DNA of 64,000 nt from Eledone cirrhosa (taxonomy: Eukaryota). The translations under genes and the position numbers were made by a program. Shown piece after piece: positions 36,267 through 49,477 of the stretch. The stretch's first letter is position 1; every line of letters starts with the position of its first letter. The DNA is taken from contig OZ024742.1 in NCBI GenBank assembly GCA_964016885.1, forward strand, positions 156,550,001 to 156,614,000, written 5' to 3'. The notes below the pieces were generated by a model. That model ran no database searches and had not been told where the DNA came from. It worked only from the letters and a program-made list of their open reading frames with translations.

Positions 36267-37081
36267 TCGAAATTTAACAAAGGCATATAATAGACACAAT
36301 CCATGGGGCTGAAAAGGCAGAGAGACAAGAAGGCGGCCAAACATTTAGCAGATTCTAGTCCGGTAGCCGGCTTCAAGTGAGGACTACTAAGTCTTCTTAT
36401 GTCTTTCTGGTGAAGGGGCGTATGCTTATAGTGTACTACTACCACCCCGTCATGGACAGAGGCTAGCGGTGGGATCAGGTTACATTGAAGTTGGTCAGAA
36501 GGGTTAGTGTATTATTGCTCGTTACTGACCGCCAAATATGGGCTTAATCTTAAATTTATATTCTATCCTGAAACTTTATCGTGACTATCAATAATACACT
36601 TAACCTTTTCATAAACGCCTCCTCCCGTAAATTCTTTAACTAAATCTCCCATCTTTAAACTTAAATCTTACATTTCTAATCTCATCTTAAATGTCATCTT
36701 TTAATTCTAAACATAAATTTTACATTACTAATCGTTAATCGTATTTTTTTACCCTACAATGAAAAATATACTGTACAGGCGCCCACTATATATAACTTTG
36801 TTAAAGATATATGTTTTATGAAAAGATATATTTCTTAGCACTTTTAGCACTTCTGACCAACTTCAATGTAACCTGATCCCATCGCTTGTCTCTGTCCATG
36901 ACGGGGTGGTAGTACACGATAAGCTTACGCCCCTTCACCAGAAAGACATAAGAAGACTTAGTAGTCCTCACTTGAAGCCGGCCGACAGGACTAGAAACTG
37001 CTAAATGTTTGGCCGCCTCTTGTCTCTCTGCCTTTTCAACCCCATGGATTGTGTCTATTATATTCCTTTGTTAAATTTCGA

Positions 37082-37139
37082 ATATCTGATGATGTCACCG
37101 AATTCATATTGAACCCCGTCATTGAAATCTTCATAGTAT
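37082..37139 (+). ncRNA. Type I HHR, inverted twin (more decayed)
   Basis: atat-CTGATGA-tgtcaccgaattcatattgaaccccgtcatt-GAAA-tcttca-TA-gtat. Confidence 0.55.
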
Positions 37140-37178
37140 AATAAACCTTCAAGTAATTACACTAGTCCAGCCTCCTGT

Positions 37179-37278
<100 letters not shown>

Positions 37279-37347
37279 AAAAAGGGATGAAATCGAAAAT
37301 GCAACAGAAGTCTTATTTTTTTAAAAAATATATATATTTATTTGGTT

Positions 37348-37385
37348 CCTTTACCGGTTTCGCAGTTCTTCTGCTTTTCAAAAGG
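37348..37385 (-). ncRNA. Minimal type I HHR, U3-A8 variant
   Basis: cctt-TTGAAAA-gcag-aagaa-ctgc-GAAA-ccgg-TA-aagg; palindromic stem III ACCGGT. Confidence 0.8.
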
Positions 37386-38731
37386 TGAGTTGAGATGGAG
37401 GGTCTGTGGTTTTTCTCACATCTGGTTGGTCTCTAAATGTTACTTGTTTTATATGGAAAAACTGGCTCGAAAACCAGGTTTTTCGAGAAGTAATTTGATT
37501 GGTTTGTCAATAATTATAATAAATTTCGCGCCAGTTCGCGTTACAATAGTTCTTCAAATAAGAGAGAGGGGGTTGTTTTTTCATATATGAGTGTTTGAAT
37601 TTCTTTTTACTTGAAAAAATGAGGCTCACGAAGGCTTTTTTTTGGTTGGTTATAAATGAAATTTGGCTGTCACGAGAACAAGTTTTCATTACATTTTTGC
37701 GCCCTTATTTGGAAAACTATTCTGTAGTCTTTATAGTGAATGTTATGACAATGGAGAGATAGTGGTCAAGGGAAAAGGGATTGGGAGAAATGTTCTGGTT
37801 CAGTGAATATGGCCAGCTGTCAGAGTTCAGGTGTCAGAGTTCAGATTTTCTATTGAGACTGAAGATATGTGTTTATTTGTGTGCTTGTGTGTGTGTATAT
37901 GTGTGTGTGTGTATGTGTGTATTGGAAGATGATTCTATTAGTAGAGATGGGGGAGGGAGTTGTGTGTGTGTGTATATGGGTGTTATGTGTGTGTGTGCGA
38001 GTATGTTAGATAGAGAGAATATATATTTTTTGTGTGTGTGTATATATATATGTGTGTAGGAAAGTGGTTCTATTAGTAGAAATGGGGAGGGTGTTGTAGG
38101 TGTGGGGGTTTTTACGTGTGTGTATGGGTGTTATGTGTGTGGGAGTATGGTTAGCATGTTAAGATGAAGAGAATATATATATATATATATATATTGTGTG
38201 TGTGTATGTGTGTGTGTAGGAAAATGATTCCTTTAGTAGGAATATTTTTGAATGAACATATTTTCCTGACTTTTTCGTGTTTGCTGTTGTATTGCCAGTG
38301 CAAGCGTATGTTTAAGGTTTATTTAGTTCGGGTTTTTATTTTCTAAAGTAGGTGTTATGTGTGTGTGTGTATGTCATATTGTGGTGTTGACATAATGTAT
38401 ATTAAACCTTATTTAATGTTGGTCTATATTTTTGAATAAACATATTTTCCTTATTTATTCGCATTTGTTCTGTTGTATTGTTAGCGTATTTCAAGTAAAA
38501 AGAAATTCAAACACTCATATATGAAAAAGCAACCTGTGACCCCCCCTCCCCTCTCTTATTTGAAGAACTATTGTAACGCGAACTGGCGCGAAATTTATTA
38601 TAATTATTGACAAACCAATCAAATTACTTCTCGAAAAACCTGGTTTTCGAGCCAGTTTTTCCATATAAAACAAGTAACATTTAGAGACCAACCAGATGTG
38701 AGAAAAACCACAGACCCTCCATCTCAACTCA

Positions 38732-38769
38732 CCTTTTGAAAAGCAGAAGAACTGCGAAACCGGTAAAGG
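38732..38769 (+). ncRNA. Minimal type I HHR, U3-A8 variant (inverted twin)
   Basis: Identical motif on the plus strand; predicted cut after 38765. Confidence 0.8.
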
Positions 38770-40916
38770 AACCAAATAAATATATATATTTTTAAAAAAA
38801 ATAAGACTTCAGTTGCATTTTCGATTTCATCCCTTTTTCTTTATACTTCCACTCGTGTAGGACACCTCGGTTATTTTTCATTTTGTAAAAAAAACCTCAC
38901 TTTCTAATATATATATATATATATATATTTTTTTTTTTTTACGGATCACAAACGTATATCTCCCCGTTTATATCATTTGTTCTCGAGAACAAATTTCATA
39001 TTTAAACGACTCAATGTGAGACCCGCAGCTACTAAGAGCATACATAACAATACTCTCTCACATATTGAAAGTGCCTATCATATAAGGTTATTTAAAAAAA
39101 ACATAAATTAAATAATGGTTAACATAAAGATAGAACACGTTTGTAAACAGATCTGCACGAAACAGGCCTAAAAGAAAAACAATAGTAACTATTTCACGTG
39201 TGCCTGAACTTGTAGTATGGAGAATGATACACGGGGTGTAACATTTGATTTCTAATTGGATGTTACAAACAAGAATTCCCATTTATCTGGATTAATATTT
39301 CTTCCTCATTTCTATTTCTGTAAGTTTTATTAATTCATCTAACTCCCTTTCTTTTCAACTCTGCATTTATTTATAGAATAGGAAGCATCATTTCTTCTGA
39401 ATTCATCATCAGCGCTGTTAAAAAATTAAATAATTCATCTTGATTCACCTAGGTTTTCATTACTGCTAACATAGAAAATGAATTGTTCGCATTGTGAAAT
39501 GCCGTGGTCAATATTTGGCATGGTTTGTATGAAACGAATACAGTTGTCATAAATATACTATTTACTTGACCTATCTAATCAGCTGACCTTTTAATATCAC
39601 CATATCATATCCTATTTATATATTTCATACAACGAAGTACGTACGTCTGAAAACAATGAACTGAAAAATGTCGGCTCAAATAACTCTAAGTAAGCATACT
39701 AATCAATAGATACAATAGCCACAGAACACTGTGTGAAATACAAAAGCTCTCTCCTATGAGTGAACGGCATGGAATCTATCAAGAAGTACCGAGAAATAGC
39801 AGTTAGCTCTAGGGTATATACCTACCATCACTTTTCAATCAAGCTGCCTCTCTATCTTAAGTACATCACACCAGATCTACATGAAACATCAAAACCTTTA
39901 TGGAAATACTATCTCTTTGCAAAATTAACGCCCGAAGTTCTGAGATTCTTACTAAAGTTTCCGTTCCTACTTCCCTTACAAATATAAATTGTATATCACA
40001 ATATCCTAAGTGAACATAATACGTGGCAATGGCCACTATTTCTAAAGAGAGTAATTGATCTGAATCAAACAAACACATTCTCCCATTTTGGGGTTCAACT
40101 TATGAAAAACTAATGTTAAATAAATGTAAATCTTATTAAATTACTATAACGTACGAATACACCAAGTGATGAGAGTGTTTGACATTTTGAAATTTGTGAA
40201 TTCCAAACACGATAAATAACTATAAAAAAAGACAATCAATATAAAAGTAGTTCAAGAAATATGTTTTCGCTATTTAAAGTTTCGATTCATTGTGGATGTC
40301 TCTGTCCTTATGTTTTCGTTTCTAAGAGTAATTTGTACAATTTTTTAATCTTTTGTTTACTGTGACCAAATAACACTACAGTTATTATCTATGTTTGCGA
40401 CATTCTAATACATTTACGTACCATTCATCAGTAACCTGACCAACGATTTATCTTCCGTATTAACATATATACTAAAGGTACTATCAAAGTTACAATACTG
40501 GACTCTATTTTAACATTATATGCCGTGAAAACTCTACCAGAGTTCTTACACAGAGCTAACTATATTTCATCCTTTAAAATTATGTGTTCATTTCTGTTAC
40601 AATAACTTGTGAAAAAAGTCGTATTTCTTCGTGGATATGTGTTTTCTGTATGGAATATTTGATGCTCTATTGGCTGGTCACACAAACCTGTCTACTGAAA
40701 ATAACTTCGATCACGTTTATTTTATATTTCCTGTGAGGATATAACCTTGTAACGCTTTAGGAAATAGATATAGTAATCGATGAGGACAAAGCGAATGATG
40801 GTTTAGTGTCGTGAGTTTTATACGAATCAAATAACACACACACACAGGCGCACGCATACAATACACTGATACAGATACGCACACACACGCACACACACGC
40901 ACACACACACACATAG

Positions 40917-40992
<76 letters not shown>

Positions 40993-41178
40993 TTGTGCGT
41001 GTGTGTTTGTGTATGTGTGTGTTCGTATATATATTGCATATATATATAATTATATACAAACATATACCCTCAAATACATAAATATATTTATATATATATA
41101 TATATAGGTGTGTTTGTGTGTGAGTGTGTGTTTGTGGGTGTGTGTGTGTGGGTGTGAGTATGTGGGTGTATGTGTGTG

Positions 41179-41212
<34 letters not shown>

Positions 41213-41805
41213 ATTAAGATAAAGAGAGACAGAGGCTGAGAGAGATAGAGAAAGAAAAGAAAGTGATATTAAATACATATTGATGTTTTTATTATTATTT
41301 CTCTATAAATGTAAGCACAAAAAGAAAACTATTTTATTGATCAGATTCTTAAGGGAGACTTTTCGAAATCTAAGAGGAATTGAAGATTTCGTACGAGTAG
41401 TTGTTTTTCCTTCGTCACAGAGTGGAATGTGGTATTAAGTTTCATTCTTGCAATACAGTGAGAAAATAAACAATTTTACTGAACTGTGTGTCAGCTATCC
41501 CTTAGAGTAATATGTCTACTAAACGCCTCACAAGCTTTACATAGCTCAAGTTTCTAATCTAGACATCAAATTTGAAATGCATGAAGAGGTAGTGACAAAT
41601 TTATAGAAGGTAATATTAAAAGCAATTTTATGTTATATATGTATTCATTTACTTATTCATATTCTTTCTTTAGTTGTTTATGACGTTGATTTTGTTATAC
41701 TCCATTCCGATTTAATGAGATATACCAGATAATTTTTACTAGCTGGAATAAAAACGAATACGTCTGAGATTAAGGTTTCATCACCAGATGTATGTATGTG
41801 TGTGG

Positions 41806-41926
<121 letters not shown>

Positions 41927-42879
41927 AATAAAGCGATAGACAAAGACAGAAGCGAGGATTAGATTGATAGAGCGATACATGAGTACGTGTATTATGTGTG
42001 TGCTTTTTTGTGTATTGATGATCGAAGAAGTATTCATAACTATATTACAATAGTCAAGGTGAAAAGGAGTATATAGGCCATATACTGTAGTCTTAATAAC
42101 TCATTATTTCTATCAATGAAACCCTCAACTATCTTCGACATTTGAAAATGGTATTCTTCGTACAAAATGTTTAATGTTTTTTTCTTTTAAACTCATTGTT
42201 TGGAAGACGCAGGATATGTGCAGTTGAATTCGAATTTGTCCAAGCAGGGATTATAGTCTTTCGTGTTACATGATCAACAATAGACTGAATGTTACATGAT
42301 CTGCATTAGAGTTTTTTAAATGGTTGCATATACGGACTTTAAATAATACAGATAAAATGAGAAACTCTCATCGTTGAACGGCCACAATTCGAAACAACGA
42401 TAACGTTTTGAGTCTAACCAATGCTGCACAATGTTGACTCTCGTACAGCTATTTACTTAATCTTCCAAATGTATGAGAAATAAATACGATTCTCAAAGAT
42501 TGAATGCCTTCCATCATAAGTTTCTTCGATAAATGTTAGACAGAAATAGCAATGGAAAACAACCGCAATATAACAGCAGTACGTCCCGCTATGAACTGGT
42601 GGGAACGTTGCGTACTTGGCTAGGATTTCTTTAACATATAATGATTTGTGTAATATACAGCTGTTGGCATATTGAAAATTGTGATAAAATAAAATTTCAT
42701 GCATATTGAATTCCGAATTTGACCTTTAACACTTTCTGAAAACAGGTTAGTATTGGTTCGCGTTTTTCAGAATATTGAAGAAATATATAAAAGATCTATA
42801 AAATAATATATGATGACATGAAACTGCTAAGTGTAACTTGTATATGATATATCTATTAAATCGTCTCTGAGATAATTCT

Positions 42880-43075
42880 TTCTACTTTTGGTCAGTAATT
42901 TGTGGAGAAGAGGAATGTCGAATAAACCAAGCCGTTACTGGCACACTATTTTATCGGACCCGTATGGATGAAAGGCAACGTTAACCTCGGCAGGGTATGA
43001 ATTTAAAGGGGCATTATTATATGCTGCAAACCATGTTGACAACGCTCTAATGATAAAGCCAATCCACCGCCTTTA
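42880..43075 (-). mobile_element. tRNA-derived SINE (decayed)
   Basis: attttatcggacccgtatggatgaaaggcaacgttaacctcggcagg...gccaatccaccgcc; antisense homolog of 19310-19495. Confidence 0.55.
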
Positions 43076-43777
43076 ATCGACCCTGAAATAACAATGATAG
43101 TAATCTAAAGTCAATATTAGGGCATCGGTACAAGAAGAAAATGTTGGAAATATTATAACTTTTAGTATGCACTTCCAATTATCCCGCATGAAATTTCATG
43201 AAGAACAGAAATCCTTTTGTAACCGTTTATTTCATTAATTTCTATTTATATATAGGCCATGAAATGTCAATATATAGTTGGATATTACAAAAATATGTAC
43301 ACAAGTTTCTGTTCTATATGAATATAGAATCATTAAGACAGATTCTATAAAACTGACCAAAATGCACAAAATAGCCGACAGCAAAATATCAAACACATGA
43401 CTGGAGGATAACTTACAGACCAATATCCTTAAAAGTGATATTCGTTCATTTGATTTAAGATTTCTTTGTATTCACTTCATATTTTTCCATTTCATGATTC
43501 TCAAATATCTTTTTTTTCTTAATAGCTTTGCATGTGTTGTATTGATTTAATTTCATACTTCTTATATTTGTTTTCAAATAATTATTTCATATTTTTTTGT
43601 AAAATGTAATTACTTTTGTTATTAAATTTTTGTCGGCAAAATATTTATATAGTAGTTTTTGTGGGTTGAAAGAGACACGTTAATACGGTGGTTTCATTAT
43701 AATCGTTGTTGTTATTATTTATATTATTATCATCAGCGTTATCATTATTATTGTTATTGGTCGTGTTATTTTCAATA

Positions 43778-43910
43778 TTCTTCTTCTTCTTCTTCTTCTT
43801 CTTCTTCTTCTTCTTCTTCTTCTTCTTCTTCTTCTTCTTCTTCTTCTTCTTCTTCTTCTACTGATACTACCACTACTACTAATAATGCAAGTACTAATAC
43901 TAATACTACT
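43778..43910. repeat. (TTC)n followed by (TAC/TAA)n microsatellite
   Basis: Direct reading. Confidence 0.95.
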
Positions 43911-44413
43911 ATCCACTGGACTTTTTCATAAGATATGATAACAGTGAAGTTAAAAGATAGGTTCCGCAATCTACATCAAAGTGTTCAGCACTTTTCTCTA
44001 TTATATACTTTGAAAATTTTGAAAAAAAGCAAGAAAACATCAAACGGAAAGAGACATGGGAGAAAGCATAAAGTTATTAATCACGTTTCTTGAAACACCT
44101 TCCAGCAAATCACCTGATTTTAACGGATATTGATGCAAACGAAAAAGTAAAATTAACTTGCTTTATAAAGATGTTTGTTATTATTCACTTATATACATAC
44201 ATCTATATATATATAGAGAGAGATAGATAGATAGATAGATGTATGTATAGATATATGTATATGTATGTATAGATATATGTATATGTATGTATATATATAT
44301 GTATATGTATGTATATATATATGTATGTATATATATATATGTATATGTATATATATATGTATATGTATATATATGTATATGTATGTATATGTATGTATAT
44401 ATATATGTATATG

Positions 44414-44449
<36 letters not shown>

Positions 44450-44856
44450 TAAATATCTCTGTGTATAGTTGTGTGTACGTGTGTGTGTTATAATAATAGG
44501 TGATGACATGTGTAAGTGCATATGTAGTATATTTCACTTATAGAACAATGTATGTCTATTACTCAGTATATATAAGTATATATATGTGAAGCGGTTAATG
44601 TGTCCAAGTGTATATTCATGTATGCATATTGAGATTGAAAAGGGAAAGGGCACCTACTGTTTTTAATGTATATGTACACTACCAAACCCACATATTTAAG
44701 CGCGCCTTACATTTAATCAAACGTATATACATAGTTGTATATATGAATGCCGTCGATAAAATGTACAGTATCTCGCTTTCTGTCTTTCATTTTTTCCCTC
44801 TACATATGTGTCGTTCCTTATTTACCTCTATATATATACCCATTCCACTGAGTCTG

Positions 44857-44964
<108 letters not shown>

Positions 44965-45033
44965 AGATCAAAAGATGGTTAAAGGAGTTCCATGTATTTT
45001 ATTATGCGCATTTCAAAAACAAACATCATCATG

Positions 45034-45122
<89 letters not shown>

Positions 45123-45479
45123 GCTCGTGCTGAACCAAATAAAAGTATGTAGAGAGTATCATATAAACATATACATAAAACAGGCAACATACAATGTTTG
45201 ACAAGCGGTACCGCATCTCCCTTCTTGAAATGTAATTCAGCCCTTTATCCGTTGTATTCTTAACGTAGATTTTGGGAATATTCAGTTACCATGTGGTATA
45301 TAGAATAATGCTATTTAAACTAAACATATATTCGTCGGACAGCCAAGCGTTTAACTAAACAATTTTACATGTCAAAGGTTTGTGTTGATACAGATTTTTT
45401 TTTTTGTTTAAATAATACCAACAAAAGGTGGTATTGAAATTCTAATCTCAGTATTTCGAAGTAAACTTCTTAACACTAT

Positions 45480-45571
<92 letters not shown>

Positions 45572-47641
45572 GCGTATGTGTGTGTGTGTGTGTAAGTGTG
45601 TGTGTGTGTATGTGTGGGCGTGTGTTTGTGTGCGTACATGCGTGGGTTAGTGATTATGTGCCTATATATACATCTGTAAACATACAATCATACATACCTC
45701 ATACACACATACTGACATTTATGCATTCATAATTATAACCGTGTATGCACGTGCATGTAATAATTAAATTTTGTTTCTTGTGCTAATTTTTACATTTCGC
45801 TTTCTTTGAAAAGAAATTCTTCTTACTCGACGTTTTCTTTTGAATTTCAATCAACTCACAAGAGATACAAACACCCACGAGATCTTTATTACTCCATTAT
45901 ATATCTAACGGAAAACGATAATCAGTTAAATTTTATAAGCTTCTAGATTGTTATCTTTATCTGTTATCGTCTCATTAAATGTTATTCGACGTTTTGAAAA
46001 CCTAAATAAAATGAGGAATTTTTTCACATACTGTAAATAAATAGAAATACCTTGGTCAATATTCATCGCTGTAATTAATAATTTGTATATTATTCAAATG
46101 GCCAATAATGCACTTGTAATTATTTATAGCTTACTCTATAAATTTAATATTGAAATTATCAACGCATATATAGAATAAAATTCGATTTTCTACCTGGTTA
46201 ATCGTCTTACATTCAATTGTACTACAAATAAAATTTCGCCGTCTCAGAAAAAAATGTTATACTCTGTAACGTCTTTTTGTGCTCATGATAGGATTTTAAT
46301 CATAGGCTTGAAAATGTACTTGGGGCTAAACATTAATAATTCCACTGAAAGAATCGGAGATTATAACCTGAATATAAAATTCGAAATGACTAGCATTAAT
46401 TATTCATGAACCTTTATCTCACCTATCTACGGCTTGGATTTTGTCTAAAAGCATTTAATTATTAACTACTAACAACAACATAAGGGCACACATATTAAGA
46501 AAGCACTACACCTGGCTGAGACTTGCTTTATCAGTACCGAAAACGTCAGCATTTTTAATTAAAAGGTAAAATCTACTTAAATAAGATTAAGCCTTTTCCC
46601 CATATGTTTTACCGTATTTACTATCGACTGAACTTTAAGATAAAATAAAGAAATATAAGATGATTATGAATTGGTCTCAGCTGGTTCTATCTATAACATA
46701 TCGTATTACATATAAATTTGACCTTAGCATATTTGTGTGACATATGCTACATTTTTAACATCTCTCTATTCACCCTTGTTTAATTATTGAACGTTTTCAA
46801 AGTTTCGCGGCCTCAACCTGAGAATAAAATGGATACTTATTCACACATTTTGAAGAGGTTGCAAAGGTAACGAGAAATAACATTAAAGCGTCCAACGCTT
46901 TTAATGAATAAACAACTGCTCGGAGATATCATAGAGTGTGTGCTGCTTTTTTATATTATGTTCATTTCTGAAATATTTTCTCATTTTATGAGAAAACTCT
47001 GTATAGTGTTGTAATATTGTAAATATTTTATTTCGAAATTAATTATATGTCCGGCAATGGAATATATTGTGATGGTTACTAGTTAAATTCTGAGCAACCG
47101 AGGAAGGCGTTGCATCATGCATTGAGCATAAATTTACTTTGCCTCAGCTGACAAATTTCGCCATAATCCCAATTTAGATATTAAAGACTCAGTAACGGAA
47201 AGTATGCACACAATATTGAGTAGCATCTATGCACAACGTCTAATGAAAGTTAGTATTATAACATGAAATACCATTTGAAAATTCCATATGGCACAGAAAG
47301 ATTTGTGTTCCGCTACAAGAATGCACCAAGATGGGAGTTATTTCCAAAGTATTCTTCACTCGTATAAATATCTGCAGATTTCAATATATTTTTGGTGGAT
47401 GAGTGAGCAGTTTACAAATATAAACAGGTACACCACGTATACGTTTGATATGTTTATAGCGACCGATGTTGAAGAAAAAGCTGTTTGACATAAAATTTAT
47501 ACTTTATTGTTCCCACATTAAAATGCCAGTCCATGACGCTACCCGTACATATATTTGTAAACACAAGTAGAAACACACATAACCCATCTCTATACACATA
47601 CTATACACAAATACGAACACCTACTTGCAAATCCTGAATGG

Positions 47642-47677
<36 letters not shown>

Positions 47678-47681
<4 letters not shown>

Positions 47682-48540
47682 ATACTTGGGGAGGGTCATA
47701 TTTGCGTAATATTGCCAGAATTAATAACAAAACACACTCACTGTTTGGTTGGTTTTCGCTTCTCGCTCTCTTTTATTATATCTGCGATCTAACTTACTTG
47801 GTCCTCAATGTTGCCATTGACTGACCGGCGGTCAAAAATAATACAGATACAATATAGACACAAACACATATATATATATATAGTTTACATAATTTACATA
47901 AATCTTTCGTTGCACATCTGCAACATCGTCAGTGGTGTTATATTCATTGTTCCTCCTGTTGTGTTGTATGTCCACGCCATTTTTTTTATTCAGTCTGTCT
48001 ATATATTTATTTATTTATTTGCTTGTTTGTTTATCTTATTTTATTTTGTCTTCTTTGCGCATGCGTTTGCGTGTGTGTATAGTGTTATGTGTGATGTGTG
48101 ACTAGTGTGTATAGTGTTGTGTCTGCTGGGTGACTAGTGTGTGTTTATGTGCTTGTTGTTATTGTGCTTGTGTATGTATTTATTTATCTTATTTTATTTT
48201 ATTTTTATTTACTTATTTATACTTCTCTTAGGTCAGTGTTGTTTGTTTGGGTGTTGTTGTTGTTCCACTCATTCTTTCTGTTTAGCTTTGGTCTTCTAAT
48301 TTCTATTTCACTGGCCTCTCTGATTTGCCTATCTGCTGGGTCATTCCTATGTTTAGATATTCTTCTAATTTCTATGTTGTCTATGTTACCGTCATGTTGT
48401 TGTCTAGCATGTTCGTATAGTACTGACCCGTTTTTTCGTCCTTTTTCGTCCTTTTAGTTCCCCCCAGTGTTGGTCTGGGGGGAACTACTGGGGGTCAGTA
48501 CTATACGAATGCTTCAAATGCTACTTTAATTACGTGTGCC
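47678..48540 (-). mobile_element. (TA)n-flanked element related to 2378-2850; decayed HHR at ~47887-47936 and a fold-back at 48412-48509
   Basis: Minus strand acca-CTGACGA-t-gttgca-gatg-tgcaac-GAAA-gatttatgtaaatta. Hairpin ttcgtatagtactgaccc...tagttccccccag-tgttggt-ctggggggaacta...gggtcagtactatacgaa. Confidence 0.55.
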
Positions 48541-48571
48541 ATAATATATATATATATATGTATCTGTATAT

Positions 48572-48734
<163 letters not shown>

Positions 48735-48739
48735 GTAGA

Positions 48740-49245
48740 TAAAACTAACAAAATATACGGTAGTGTCCAATCCGTATGAAGAACTCAGTGTAATCAAAAT
48801 ATCCTGAAAAAAGATGTATTCAAAATTCTTTCGGTGAACAATACAGGAAAACAGAGTCAAGATAAATTAATAAAAATAATGAATAAAAACAAAGAAACAG
48901 TTCCTTATATTAAAAAATTCATCATTTTACGATCGTTTCTAGGATATATAAGTGTGTGTTGGTATGTATATCATATAGATCTATATAAAAGTTTTACAAA
49001 CTATCAGAGGGTATATACATACCTACATACATATATGCTGTCTTCTAAAATATTAGTTCTGAAGAGAGCATATATATGTGTAGGTATGTACATTCCCTCT
49101 GATAGTTCGTAAAACTTTTACATATATCTATATGATATACATACCAACACACACATATATATCCTGGAAACGATCGTAAAATGATGATTTTTTAATATAA
49201 GGAATTGTTTCTTTGTTTTTATTCATTATTTTTATTAATTTATAT
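48740..49245. repeat. Inverted arms (~48862-49028 / 49080-49243) in (TA)n, with an HHR-like 3' half
   Basis: The arms are reverse complements. Both carry GAAA-cgatcg-TA (palindromic ACGATCGT), but no canonical CUGANGA is in register. Confidence 0.7.
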
Positions 49246-49361
49246 ATTTATATATATATATATTTATTAAAATAACAGATTAATAAATATTTGCTCTACA
49301 GTTCTTATATATCCTTATCGAGCCCTCTTTCGATTTTAGTCTTCAAATTTATTATTATTAC

Positions 49362-49471
<110 letters not shown>

Positions 49472-49477
49472 GAGAGA

